Assembly: GCA_964016885.1 (NCBI GenBank)
Contig: OZ024742.1
Span: forward strand, 122,202,001 to 122,266,000
Length of the DNA stretch: 64,000 nt
Source of the DNA: Eledone cirrhosa
Taxonomy: Eukaryota
Direction of reading: 5' to 3'
Within the stretch, counting starts at the first letter, position 1. Every line of letters starts with the position of its first letter. Below the pieces are notes generated by a model that did no database searches, was not told where the DNA came from, and worked only from the letters and a program-made list of their open reading frames with translations. Shown here piece after piece: positions 11,254 to 24,775 of this stretch. A program made the position numbers and the translations under genes.

Positions 11254-12452
11254 CAACATATACGAGAAACAACTGTCGATATGTTGACATCGATGGATGA
11301 ATTTCGGCGTAGTTACCGAAGTAGTGATGAGAGAATTACTAAGTAAAGGTAGAACATCTGGCATGCATGAAAATATCTGGATTTAATTACTGAGATGTCA
11401 TCTACATGAAAATTACCAAACATTACTTCAGTTAGTGTCAACATATATGATGACGTCTGTTACAATAATAGAGCTCAAGATTATTTGCATGTAACGTTCG
11501 CACTATAAGAATTCTACTCAGCATTCCAAGCCAAAGAACCACATCAATATATACCATTGATCGGTGTTCACTTTAAAAAGACTTCTTGATTAAACTCATC
11601 TGTATTTTCATTCATATAAACTGAACCATTTGAGTGTTGTGTAATATCTTGACTCATGACACAACTTTGTGTTACTAATCAACTATATACTGGTGAGGGT
11701 TACTTATCTTCTTTGACATCGTGCTAATTACAACGTAATAAATCTACAGTATGTGTTCGAACCCGATACAGTGAGAGATCGCCTATTAAATGATCCACGC
11801 CGAAATACTAAGTATTTATAGTTCATAGGTCTAGGCAAAACATATTGCCTGTCTTTTCTCTTCTCGTCAGTCATTTTATAGAGACCCTACATTAAATATT
11901 TCGCTCCACTCTAATCCCAGGACGCCAATACTCAGGAATTTATTTTCTGCCCATATTCCTGTATTGCTGTGTAAAATGCGTCAATCACACCGGTCTCGGA
12001 AGGCCCATGAATAAAATATCTGCAGCCCTTTTAATCGATAACGATAAATATAGAGAAGAGGATATTTTACATTTATAACTTTTGGCTATCAGTTTTTAGG
12101 AAGAAAATGGTCTGTATGCACTGAACGCTGGATAAAATATTGTGATAAATATGCGTTTTTGCAAGTCCATTAGTGCTGAAATAGAGTTAACATCAAATGA
12201 AATGAAAATAGGATACAGTACTTTTTATCATATAAAAAGAAAATGTATTCTCGACTAAATATTGCTGAATCGGATACATGGAATAAATATATGTCATGTA
12301 CTGGAATCACGTAAATGTACACCGCTACAAAAATGGTTTTATATCAATTCGAAACTCATAATTGAAATTAATTCGACAAATGAATTGCTATTCATCCGCA
12401 CAGTAAAATATTTCTCTTGGTGTAATCAGTTTACGGGCCTGAATTATAATTG

Positions 12453-12490
<38 letters not shown>

Positions 12491-12510
12491 TACATATATA
12501 CATATACATT

Positions 12511-12900
12511 TTTTTCAAATTATAAATGCGAGGAAAGAATAGACAAAAAAATTAACTATTTTTTTCTTCAATGTCTCTATTGTAGTTTCATCGGTGACCC
12601 AGAAAAGTGCACCAATGCTGTAAGGCTGTCGAATCTTCAGGAATCTCCTCCTATTGTGGACTATATTCAGACCCGACCGTAAGAAAGTGAATAATTCTCA
12701 GGACGGAGAAATTGTCCCGAGGTACAGGTCACAGACGGGTGGCAAAGGCTGGTGCACCGATGTTGCAAAACAGTAGATGAAACTGCAGTAGGGAGCTAGA
12801 AGAAAAAATAGGTAATTCTTTGTCTATTCTTTCCTTGCCTTTATAATTTGATAAATAGCTCTGATTAAATGGTCATTTTAATTCGTCTGATTATTTTAAC
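12511..12900. repeat. pLTR-like module with inverted arms (12511-12568 / 12799-12855) and decayed HHR motifs
   Basis: Minus 12574-12644: CTGAAGA...GAAACTACAATA. Plus ~12778: GAAAC-TGCA-GTA-GGGAG (palindromic stem III). Lies between (TA)n tracts. Confidence 0.6.
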
Positions 12901-12985
12901 ACGTATGGTTATCGAGCAAACCTGGTCAAGGTTTCCATCACCCACATATATTTATGTATTTATGAACGTGCGTGTATATCTTATT

Positions 12986-13061
<76 letters not shown>

Positions 13062-13162
13062 TTTATCGCGCGTTCAATCGGGGGTAACCACAGTAAGTAA
13101 GGTACTCAATACAAAGCAAAGTATAATTATTTAACATGTGTGTGTTTTTTTGTTTTCAGGCA

Positions 13163-13211
<49 letters not shown>

Positions 13212-13322
13212 AACAAAAAATGTGAAAACACACACACACACATTTTTTCTAGAAACTTTTTTTCCCTTTCTTCCTCCTCTATCTTTCTATTCCTTTTTTA
13301 TTTTATTTTTATTCATCATTTT

Positions 13323-13360
13323 ATCTTCTGATGAATGACTGGCGTCTGAAACTGTAAGAT
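13323..13360 (+). ncRNA. Minimal hammerhead motif in a pLTR fragment (same family as 50467-50502)
   Basis: ATCTT-CTGATGA-A-TGAC TGGC GTCT-GAAAC-TGT-AAGAT; downstream CAAGCGTTAAA.TAATATAT is shared with the 50.4 kb copy. Confidence 0.7.
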
Positions 13361-13446
13361 TCTTTTCCTACTATATCAAGCGTTAAATTAATATATATTT
13401 TCATTATACGGTATTGTTTGCTTTGATATTTTCCGTTTATGTTTTG

Positions 13447-13536
<90 letters not shown>

Positions 13537-14799
13537 TGAATAGACGACCATTCTTTTCTTTTAAAGATTCTCCTCCATTAAACACTTAAATTAGAAATTA
13601 ATATACATTCATTTTTTTTTTATATTTTGGTTTTCTGTCTGAAATTTGTGTTGCTGTGGGAGCGGTTTAATATCTTAATGATATAAAGTTCTACTATTTA
13701 AAGAATTAGTTTTGTTTTATTCCATTTAAATCTACCTTTCAATTTAGTTTATTACCGGGTAAAATTGTTAGTGAAAAGTTTATGGGAAGCAAATAGTTGG
13801 GATTGTCAACTATAGGTCTGTGACATGTTTATTGGGAAATGTCCCCACCACCCGGTTTCAATTCCCGCATCGGGAGTATGCCAATTCACTTTCGTTGTTG
13901 AACTTCTTCCAAATCATACTAGCATGCCCACTTCGTACACTGTAAATAGTGTTTAGATATATCTTTGATTATGAAATGTGTGATGTACTGATGATTTACA
14001 GAAATAATTGAGACCTTGACTACTGCTAGGACATTTATTTTCAGGCTGTTCACCATATGTAAATAACCTGATGTTATATCAGTGTGGGTCAATAGTAAGC
14101 TATTATTGGAAATACGCCAATTAAAATATTTTTTTATTGAATCAAGTAGATACACATTTACGTGCTGAACATGCAACAGGGAAATATAGCGTATGAATTG
14201 GTTTTTGCGCAATTATATCACGTGGTCACATATATAGATAAACACCACAGATCGGATTCCAATCAAATTATTTTACTGTATTAGCTATGAAAACCAAGTA
14301 AACAACAATGGCAATACTTCACAACCATTAATGAAATAAGCCAATATAAATAACTGAATAAGAAACCTATAATGTATCACATGAATATATAGAAACTGTA
14401 TTGTATGGATTAAATAATACTTTTTAAGAATATCATAAAGTACTTTGATACTTTATATCATGTACTTCAAGATACACTATGGCCTAATACATGCATAGTT
14501 CACACATGAGTTTGTGACGAATAATAGACTAATTAATGATGTATGAAGAGACCAGATATTTTATTAATACCAGATCCCATTAAGGCTAGTACGGGTAACA
14601 TTCAATATGAAACTAAGAGAACAAACATCTGTTTAATGAACAGAATGCAAACATGACTAGATGTGTAACATATCCTGTTCGTGTTGTTGTTGGATGTAAC
14701 CTCTTCATACCCGTATCCAGCACTCTCAATACTTATTAAACATTGGTCGGAAGTTCTAGCGTGGCAACCTCTTTACGCAAGCGGTATGGTGTAGTCCCA

Positions 14800-15450
14800 T
14801 AACTCCTCAGAGAGTATAGGGGCGCTGTAATGCTATACGATATTCCTTAGACATTTTAAACCTGGAAAAGCCCCTCTCTGTCCAGGGCTGAACACGGCAG
14901 ATTTCTTCGAGGAACGGTAGAAAGAGCGAGAGAGAAGTGAGAAAGTGATATAGAGGAGGAATCAACACCAGTACTTGGCTAACAATTAAGAAAACATAAA
15001 AATTATTATCTTCATTTTTCGTTGGTTTCCCAAATCTGTCACAAAATTTATTATAAAATTTGAAAAAAACATTCTCCGCATTTCCACAGCATGGTCACTG
15101 AAAAAGGTAGACTGCGTATGTTGAAAATGAATTAGTTGAACCCAGAACGTAAAGAGACGTAACTATATGCCGTAAAGCATGGTGTGAGACGTTCTACGAT
15201 ACTTCTAAGTCACCGAAGTTATTAATCTTGCCTTATAGTTATTAATCTTATATTTATAAATCTAGCCTCTCATAATTGTAAGGTTGACGAAAAAGGTACT
15301 ATCCCACGACTTGGATCGATTCTTTTTCTACGTATTTCTCTCTTCTCCCATGTCACTCTCCGCTCGACTCTGGAAGAAGTTTTCGGTGTTCAGACATGGA
15401 GAGCGATGGAGTCTGCAAGGTTTCAAGTACCCAAGTATTTCACTACATGG
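14800..15450. mobile_element. Cluster of SINE fragments (14800-14985 -, 15080-15220 -, 15270-15450 +)
   Basis: Head, core and long-tail segments match the SINE copies at 1420, 41680 and 48780. Confidence 0.6.
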
Positions 15451-15586
15451 GTAATTTAATGAGTATGTGTATATATCTGTAATGACATGCATAATCGCAA
15501 TCATATATAGGAATATACACCTGGGTATTTCTCAGTCTCTCTCACTCTGACACTCTGTTCTGTCTCCGTCTCTCTGTATCTGTCTG

Positions 15587-15691
<105 letters not shown>

Positions 15692-15765
15692 TGACCGCAT
15701 GCAACAGGCAGAAGGCGAAATATTAACTTACTATGAGGCTATATACACTTATAGTATGGAAATAG

Positions 15766-15849
15766 CTGTCTGAAGATCTAATTCTTTCCATTGGAAATTC
15801 TCTGGATTTCCAATCTTTTGATTAGTGACACCGTCGGTAACGGCAATAG
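15766..15849 (+). ncRNA. Decayed hammerhead-like motif with extended stem II
   Basis: CTGT-CTGAAGA-T-CTAAT..TTGGAAAT/ATTTCCAA..ATTAG-T-GACA-CCGT/ACGG-CA-ATAG (GAAA->GACA). Confidence 0.5.
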
Positions 15850-15945
15850 AACAGGTGAATATTTAAATCGTTTTTTAATTTATTTAAAAGATTGTTTGAT
15901 GATTACTTGTTCCGGTCATTTATATATATATAGATATATATATAT

Positions 15946-16133
15946 ATTGTTATACTTGGGGAGGGTCATATTTGTGTAATAATATTGCCAGAATTAATAA
16001 CAGAACACACTCACTGTTTGGTTGGTTTTCGCTTCTGTGTCCTTTATATCGGTTAATTTATCCCTAAGTATAACAATATTTGTTTCGACACACGATTTCA
16101 TATCAAAAACCTCGCAAAACTAATTCATCGCCG

Positions 16134-16135
<2 letters not shown>
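15946..16135. repeat. pLTR-terminus fragment with short inversion (family also at 54146-54192 and 63125-63660)
   Basis: ATTGTTATACTTGGGGAGGGTCATA...CAGAACACACTCACTGTTTGGTTGGTTTTCGC, then inverted TCCCTAAGTATAACAAT; flanked by (TA)n. Confidence 0.75.
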
Positions 16136-16196
<61 letters not shown>

Positions 16197-16562
16197 TATA
16201 TATATATACACGTATATACGAATCATTTCATCTTCGTTACTATAGAGATAATTTACAATAAGTTTGTTTACATGTGTTTTGATGTCCATTTGATGTAAAC
16301 ACGCATAAAAATATGTTGAAATAACGATTTCGTTTGAAAATATAATAATCAACAATTAAGATGTAGAAATATTAACTAACTAAACTATAATCTCCGAATA
16401 TTTGCATTTTAATAAGGTGCGGAATGAATTACATATGTAAGTGAGAAAAAATATTATTCAGATAAAACAACAATATTCCTTTGCTAAGTATCAATGTGTG
16501 TTTAAATAATTTGCTTTGCAGCCATTAGTTCTGCTTTCATACCAGCTCAGTGGCACCTTCGG

Positions 16563-16656
<94 letters not shown>

Positions 16657-16695
16657 TACACACACACATAGAGAGACATACAGACAGACAGACAT

Positions 16696-16729
<34 letters not shown>

Positions 16730-16751
16730 ATATATATACACAAAGATCTGG

Positions 16752-16791
<40 letters not shown>

Positions 16792-16890
16792 ACGAAGGAA
16801 ATGTGGTAAGGAACCAGGTGGACCATAACGCACCAAAGTACTCAATACTTAGGGTAGTAGAGTGGCTCAGCCGTCGGGGTCCTACTCGTT

Positions 16891-16952
<62 letters not shown>

Positions 16953-16955
<3 letters not shown>

Positions 16956-19562
16956 CGTTTCTGAATTTGTTTAGCAAGATTCTTTATCTGAAATCGTGTG
17001 TTGAAACCGATATTGTTATACTTTGGGAGGGTCATGTTGCCAATAAGAAACACACGCACCACATGCTTTCACTTCAATTTATTATATATTTATAAATTTA
17101 TAAATTTACAAATCTACAAATTTATAAATTTCTGGTTGGTTGGTTGGTTCCACAACCAGATAGTTGTTTATATATAGTCATAGTCCTTTCGTCACACACT
17201 CTGTGACCTCTTCAGTGACTGGGGATTCTTTCTTTGTTTCTGTGCCTTTCCTTTCTTCTGTCCTACGCCATTTTGTTTCTGTGTGTGTGTTGTGTGCTCA
17301 GTTTGCGCATGCGCCACATCCGGGTGTCTGTGTGTGTTTGTGTTCATTTATCTATTTGTTTATTTATTTACATGTTATTGGTTGGTTGTTTGTTCTATGT
17401 GTGTGTGTGTTTTCATTTTGTCCTTAATTGTAAGTTGTGATGTTGCTGTTCCACTCATATTTTCTATTTAATTTTGGTTGTAATTCTTTTATGTTTATTG
17501 CCTCTGTAATTTGTCTAAACATTGCATCTTTTCTGTGTGTAGATTCTATTTTTATTTCTATGTTCTCTAATTTACCCTTGTGTTCTATCTTAGCATGTTG
17601 GTAGAGTACAGATGATTCTTTATTATCTTGAAGGTCAGCCAGAGTTCATTTATCCGTTCCCCTATACTACGAGCTGTCTCACCTATGTACACTATATTTT
17701 TGTTTCTACATTGTCCTTCAGTACATCTTATGCTATACACTACATTTCTAGTTTTACAGTTAATATGGGGGCTTATTTTACAGGTTATACATTTCTTATC
17801 TATACATGAGGATCTTTGGAACGGGTATGTCTTGCTAATAAGTGTTTTTACGGAGGTACCTGGTCTTTCTACTATCTTAATATTGAGTTTATGTTTATTT
17901 AGGGCCCTTCTAAATTTGTAGGCTAGTTCGCCTCTAGGGTTTGTATCGATGAACATTACACTCTGGTATTTATTGCTATCATACCATGAGTTTATTCTAT
18001 TGGCCTTGTTCCTAGTTCTTTCTATTCTAATCCAAAATTTGCTACTGTACAAGGGGCAGGTCCCATTTATGTCATTATTTACCATTTTTTCCCATTTGGT
18101 TCTGGCTCCTCTATACACTCTGATTCTATCTCTCAGATTGTAGCCAGAGAACTGCATACGGTGGATGAAGTGTTGTATGTGTCTCTCTAGTTCTTCGGGG
18201 TTGCACATGCGGGACACATTTCTCATCACCCGTACCAAATCCGCAATCAGTATGTTGATTTTGGTATGGTCCGAAATGGCCGAGTTTCGGTGGATCAGAT
18301 GTTTGGAAGTCATGGTTTGGCATAATGGGAATGGAGGATTTGTTTTTGGTTGTAAATGGTATCTAACCAGAGCTCTGTGTGTAGTACAGGTAATCGATGG
18401 TTGGGGTGTCTACTTGGGTAGTCTATAGTACCTCTAATGCTCTGGTGGATGGAGTTTGCTATTTGCTGGATGCTTTCCATTGTGTTTTTCTCTAGTTCCT
18501 GACTGTTCTCTAGTGAGGGTGTCTTAACTACGATGTTTATATCATCTACGTAGCGGGAGTACATTATCAGGGTTAAGCTGTCTTCTAATTGTTCTTCAGA
18601 TCATCGTGGTTTTCGGGTGTCCGTATGGCTCTGGTCCACCCGTTCCATCTATCTGTGTGGGTTTTCTTGGCCATTGAGGTAATGGTAGGTGGTCTGCCTC
18701 TTGCTGGCCTTGTAGGGCACAGGTTGCTAAGGTCATATGTGTCTAGGTAACTATTACTATGGGTAAGCTTAAGTAGAAATCCCAGCTCACTGGTATCAAT
18801 CCCACGGAACTCAACCTTGCTCTCGCTGATCATTTCTACGCATTTCTCCACAGCAAAATCCACGTCAATAGATGGATACAGGGACACAACATCCATACTG
18901 CCTATTATGCAGTTTGTTAGGTCGCCAGATCGGTTACTCACGCCGATTCTGCTGAGGAGGTCCTCCGTGCTGTCACATACATCTGGGGACATCTCAATGA
19001 TGGGGCGTATGATCAGGGAGAGGAAGTAGGACAGTCTGTAGTTACTAGCAATGTTAGCTCCACAGACTGGCCGTGTTGGTGGTCCCGCGACAGGGTCACA
19101 GCCCGTTTTATGGTCTTTTCGAAGCCCATACAACGCGGGCACGTCATTGTTCCAGGCATGGAAGTTGTTGGCAGTCCTTTTGTTGGGCTGCATTATATTC
19201 GTCCACATCACCATATGGGCATTGAGGGCTTTTTCTCTATCCTCATGCTCCTGTGGTGTTACCTCTCTTGTGTTAGTGATGTGGGGTTGCATTGCCTGGA
19301 TGTAGTTTGGCAGGCTGTCAACCGACATTCTGCCAGACTTGTCTGTTGGAAAGCATGCTATCTCTCCATTACGTGAGCGCTGCATGAGCTTACGCAAGCC
19401 ATTTGCAGATTTTTCTCCCAGTTGCTGGGCCTCTATTCTATTATGCTTCTTGCTATACTGTTCTATAATATTTCTAAGTTCGGATCTAGCTATAGCTAAC
19501 GCCACCCCACTCCCACAATTAAAAGAACTATTTCGGCCGTCGACCTCTACTTGACCGACCAC
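16953..19562 (-). mobile_element. Penelope-like element (decayed, internally deleted) with 3' pLTR
   Basis: ORF pieces 18585-19562 (PTDKSG, LYGLRKDHK, PTRPV, MDVVSLYPSI), 18310-18564 (RYVDDI) and 17585-18313 (CITC...VVYSIRC...YIGETAR, GIY-YIG). The pLTR abuts (TA)n at 16952. Confidence 0.9.
17176..17220 (-). ncRNA. Intact minimal type-I hammerhead ribozyme
   Basis: AGTCA-CTGAAGA-G-GTCACA gagtg TGTGAC-GAAAG-GA-CTA-TGACT: all core positions and stems present; same strand as the PLE ORF. Confidence 0.9.
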
Positions 19563-20213
19563 ATTTCACGCGCGCGCGCGCTCTGCTGCATACCTCAGAT
19601 ATTCAAAACAACGAACAGCGAAGGACACGTTTCGCACCTTTCCGACAGATAACCAACACAACCCCGCCCCCTCCCCCCGAAAAAAACCCCCAGTTCATGG
19701 ATGTGAATCCGAAATATATAGGGACAATTAAATCTCTCCCAAGGTAACTCTATCTCGTGTTATTTTTATGTTTTTCCCTCTTTCCTACGTTCTTCTAGAT
19801 ACTATACATCTCATTCTACATTCACTTACATCTCTCTCTTCACCACCGGATCTTGTTACCCGGAGAAATACCCATCTGCATTGTTGAGGCTTCCAAAACG
19901 TCCTAAAGAAAATATATCATATATATATATATATATATAAACACTTGAATATATATACAGTTTACATATATACATATAATAAGGATTTAGATCGATATCC
20001 GTAATTTTGATCTTATTGTTTACAATTTGCTCAACAAATTCTTTTAGAGCAAATGCAAAGGAGTAAAGGAGTAATTGTAATACACCATCCCAGCCAGAGG
20101 CCTAAAGCCATGAAAACAATGTATTTGTTGTATCCACGGATCAACTGATGAACATTACTCACAATTTCATTATTTGAAAGTTAGTATTTTCCTACTTTAG
20201 CACACACACATAT

Positions 20214-20249
<36 letters not shown>

Positions 20250-20929
20250 TAGAGAGAGAGAAAGATATATATATATATAGAGAGAAAGATCGATAGATAG
20301 AGAGAGAGAGAGAGAGAAAGATAGATAGAGAGAGAGAGTGTGTGTGCGCGTATGTGCGTAAGAGATAAGTAGATGGATATGTAAATTTTCTCGGATGAGG
20401 TTTAAATTATATTAACATTCTATTCTGTGTAAGGTCACCGTTATATTTTCCTTTTTTTCTTTCTAGTATTACTCCGTTAAAAGGGTGCAATATGCTTGAA
20501 ATATTTTAAGATTTAAACCAAGATCAGAAAAAATCCGCAAAATATAGCTCAAATTATTTCACATTTATCTTTATAACAGGAATTTACGGATTCTCTCCCT
20601 TTGGATTCTTTAAAGCAAAAATGTTTTCAAATTCATTAAAACTGCTTGTTTTGTTCCCTTACATCTGTTAGTCCCAAGCATCCGTTACTCTTATGTGCGA
20701 GTACCTCATTATCAATGCAGCAATTGTGACGTTTCACGTCAGACATGATCGTATAGAACTAAAATGAAATATATTCTCAATCTTTTCGCACATCTATGAC
20801 TACATTGTCTAACTTGTATTTAAGGACTTGACAGGAAAGTAGGATTAATTTTGTGACATAAGTCTTGAGCACTTATACATCCACTTTCCAGTTTTGAAGT
20901 CAATCGATTTCGTTCAGAGAAGTGATAAA

Positions 20930-22900
20930 GGGATATACAGGAAGAACATACCTTAGGAGTGGACAAGTACCTTCTATCGATCTCGAAAGGATGAAAGGCA
21001 TAATTGACTTAGGTGGGATTCGAACTCAGAGATCGGAGATACCCGAAAGGACTACCGCAAAGTATTCTAGCTAATATTCTAACGATTCAGCCAATTCACC
21101 AACTTATATCTTCAGAGGTATGTTTATGATTAGTAGATGTAGCTGCTCTATATATAGCACGACAAGTGACTGCATTGAGGCTCATTTCTTTCGTTTCAAA
21201 ATTATGAATATAATATGTTATAGTGCCTATATTCTCGGAATATATCCGATAATATAGGCAATGTGACCAGGGATGCTTTACAACAACTACTGATGTAATA
21301 ATTGTTTCTGTAACGTATGGTGTAAAGTATGGTGTAAAGTATGGTGTCTGACGCTCCATCGATACTGTCAATTCACCGCTACTGATGTAATAATTGTTTC
21401 TACTTTTGGCACAAGGCCAGCAATTACCCGGTACATTACTGGTATTTTATTTTATCGACCTCGTAAGGATGAAAGGCAAAGTTAACCTCCACAGGATTTG
21501 AACTCAGATCGTAAAGAGACCTATCTATGCTGGAAAGCATGTCAATCCCCCTACCGATGCTGCCAATTTACAATGATAGTTACAATAGTATTAATATTAT
21601 TGTTATAATTTCAGAAGTGTTATTAAGCCTGTTTTGGTTATACACAAATCTATGTATTCTAAGTTGTTTGACAAAAGAATGAACCAGCATGACGTAATTC
21701 GAACGTAGATCCTTGGAATTAAGGAGTGTAAAGCATTTCGTCTGTCACTCTACAATACCACCTATTGCTAGTGTTTTTAGAGATAGCAATTTTCATTTGA
21801 ATTATTTCGTGTTACTTCAAGTCAGACACTCTTATCTCAAATGTTCCTTCTCCTCCGGTCCCTCCATTACTCATACGTACCACGCCGACATTTTCTCTAC
21901 CAATTATGCCCCTCTAATGTGTTCCGTCATCTCGAATTTCCTATCTGAATATGTATTTTATGTACCAACAATCCTTTCCAATGAGAACGATAATCACGTT
22001 GACTTTATTGGTCCTTGAATAGCAACATGCACAACACTATTATTCAAAGAAATCAGTAATATCGTTTGTGATTGTGGTACAAATGAAATAACAAAAGGAT
22101 TCGACAGCAATGCACACACTAGATGATTGAAACGAACAATATCTGCTAACAAGCGAGAGGAAATATTTCCCACTGAAGGTTTTACAAGAAAACCTCATGT
22201 CCGGTTAAAAAGAAGCCCTTCATTGTAGCTATAAACCGACATAAATAAAGATGAGAGTGAATGTAAGAAACTTTATCAGTTTCGTATATGGAAACAGAGT
22301 GCGTATGAAATTCTTCGTGTCCAAAATTAAAACAACTTTAGCAACATCATAACGGCAAGCGTACATTTTCTCAATAATTTCAGTAGATAAATTTGGTATA
22401 GGCAAATCAAGATATCACATCAAAAAGAACAACAACTAAGCCAACGGCAGAACCAGCAGTAAACGTAACATTTATTAAAGAAGCACGAAACATATTGGCA
22501 ATGCCGTCATCAAAACTAAATTACAAATGTATAAATAATTGTTTCTACTTTTAGCACAAGGCCAGCAATTACCCTAGTGCATTACTGGTGTTTTATTTTA
22601 TCGATTCCCCAAGGTTGAAAGGCAAGTTAACCTCGGCGTAACTCCATGCTGCAAAGTCCGACCATACAAATGCATGAATAATAGTTTCCGATTTAGGCCC
22701 AAGGCCGATAAGTTTGGTACAGAGGAACGTTGATTAAATAGATCCCAGTTTGTTACTGGCACTTTACTTTATCGACCACGTAAGAATGAAAGGCAAATCT
22801 AACCTCGGTGGAATCTAAACTCACAATGTAATGGAATGTAACTCTATGTCACGAAGCATGGTGTCCGATGCTCCACCGATAGTGCAAATCCACCGTCCTT
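20930..22900 (-). mobile_element. Four to five dispersed SINE copies (20930-21100, 21330-21570, 22540-22640, 22680-22900)
   Basis: Repeated GGATGAAAGGCAAAGTTAACCTC core, TTTGAACTCAGA (reverse-complement B-box-like) and TTGTTTCTACTTTTGGCACAAGGCCAGC tail. Confidence 0.8.
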
Positions 22901-23266
22901 TCCCCTTGACTAATAATAGACAAAAGGAAGATTACCAATGCACTTAGAGAACTCGCCTTCCAGGCAAAACAAGACCAACCTCATATACAAGCATATACAT
23001 GTAAAACGTAAACTCGACTGTCATTATACCGAGAAGTATTGCGGGTCAAAGAAGCAAAGAAAGAATCGTCTTGAAGCCATGTTCTTAAATCTTAGACAAA
23101 CTTTCGACCTAAAATATTGATGTGGAACTATATCATTTGAAAATTAAATCAATCAATAGATTAATGAACAACGATTTTTCCCTTGGTGCCTATAATGTTT
23201 TACTAACCAAATCTCTGAGTTGTAATTATATTATAACATATTGCCAAAGGTATTAGTGATTTAGAG

Positions 23267-23320
23267 CAGGGGTTCTCAACCTGGTCCATGTGGACCACAG
23301 GAAATTTCAGGTGGTCCACA
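23267..23320 (+). mobile_element. One end of a hAT-type MITE (fragment)
   Basis: CAGGGGTTCTCAACCT TIR-like start followed by GGTCCA/TGGACC subterminal motifs; no partner end seen. Confidence 0.5.
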
Positions 23321-23324
23321 GAAA

Positions 23325-24017
23325 ATCTTCTCTTACTATTTTCTGTACTTGCAGTACAGTTGTTTTGTCCTCGATTCCGACGAGGACAGACGCGGCCAGC
23401 CAAGAAGGGGCAATCCGGGGGGGACGTGGGTCAGTTTGCCGCCGCCGCTATTGCTGTGGTTGTTGTTGTTGTTGCTGCTGCTGCTAATGCTGTTGTTGTT
23501 TATGCTGCTGCTGATGCTGTTGCGGCTTCTACTGTGGTTTTCATTGTCACTGTTGCTGTTGTTATTACGGCTGCTACTGCTATTATTCCTGACGTCTTTG
23601 TCGTCGTCGTCGTGGAGAAATCTTGCACGCTTTGCACGAGACTTTTCTTTTCTGTCGTCGCTTGCGAAAGAGAAGGGAGGGAAAGAGACACATTTAAAGA
23701 AGGGAGGGAGAGAGACAATCTTCTCTCTGCTGTAGTGACGATTGAGGAAGAAGAAGACGGAATGAGTGGGAATGACCTATGAAAATTCTTTTTCGTAGCC
23801 ATGTTGTTTTTTTGTTTAAAATAAATATTGGGCACAAAACCCCAATAAGCAGTTATTTAACCCAAAAGGGCCAAATAACGGGCAGAAAGACCCCTCACAC
23901 GAGGAGGAAGGTGTTTTTGTCTACAAGTTGGTTAAAGTTTTAAACAATTTACAATTGTTATAGCGGTCAAAATTTACAATACCTTACAGAGCCGAGCCTC
24001 CGTCAATCATAGCATTC
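23325..24017 (-). mobile_element. Tx1/L1-like LINE, second subfamily: 5' UTR and deleted ORF1 fragment
   Basis: Ser/Thr-rich ORF1 start (23500-23835) and peptide WLAASVLVGIEDKTTVLQVQKIVRED, similar to WLLGCVIEEGTDTTLLDIKRTERED of the full copies. 5' end abuts (TAA)n. Confidence 0.65.
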
Positions 24018-24049
24018 AATAATAATAATAATAATGATAATAATAATAA

Positions 24050-24662
24050 TGTTTTCTTTATTAACCACAAGGGTTTACATAAAGTAGACATTAAGGACAG
24101 TGCAGGACAATACAGGACGGTACAAATGGGCATTTCTGCGTGTAAAAAAAACAGAGGATGTAATAAAATAACAAAGAAAAATTCCCCAATAGGGGGGAGA
24201 CTTCGGAGGGACATTTGTGGTGAAAGACCATTAAAAGACCACAGTGACCCTGACCACCAGGGCAAGTGCCCTCTCCGAGTTTTCCACCTTTAATTTACAG
24301 ACACATACTCAGAGTAGGCCCATTCACTCGGGCCATACTTGATTCTCTCACCCATCTTTCAACAAAATGCTGGGAAGAGAGCACTTCCCTCTCTACCCTG
24401 ATTTTCATTTTCAAATGAAATTTGAAAAAGTTAATCAGGGCATCACCGAAGAGGTAAGTGCTTGTCTTCAGCCCTTTCAAACGTGTCCACCATACTATCT
24501 CTTTCGCCATGGCCACCAGACAGATAAAAACTGCCTTCCCTTCCCGGCTAAAGGAAGAGGGCGGGGCAATCCTCACGATGGACTCAGCTGATAGCCGGAT
24601 CCGTCCTACACGTGACAGCAGGTGTTCGACATAAACCCACAAGTCAGCAATGCTCGGACACT
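24050..24662 (-). mobile_element. Tx1/L1-like LINE 3' end (second subfamily), 5'-truncated
   Basis: ORF 24295-24642 is homologous to the ORF2 C-terminus; 3' UTR nearly identical to 37971-38220; (TAA)n on both sides. Confidence 0.85.
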
Positions 24663-24775
24663 AATAATAATAATAATAATAATTGTTCCTACTTTTGGCA
24701 CATGGCCAGCAATTACGTAGTGCATTACTGGTACTTTATTTTATCGACCCTGGAAGGATGAAAGGCAAAGTTAAA

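Noticed and set aside
23288-23782. Hydrophobic, membrane-protein-like ORFs (also 28801-29223, 29594-30142, 34576-35457)
   Set aside because: They are antisense readings of the Thr/Asn-rich low-complexity LINE ORF1.
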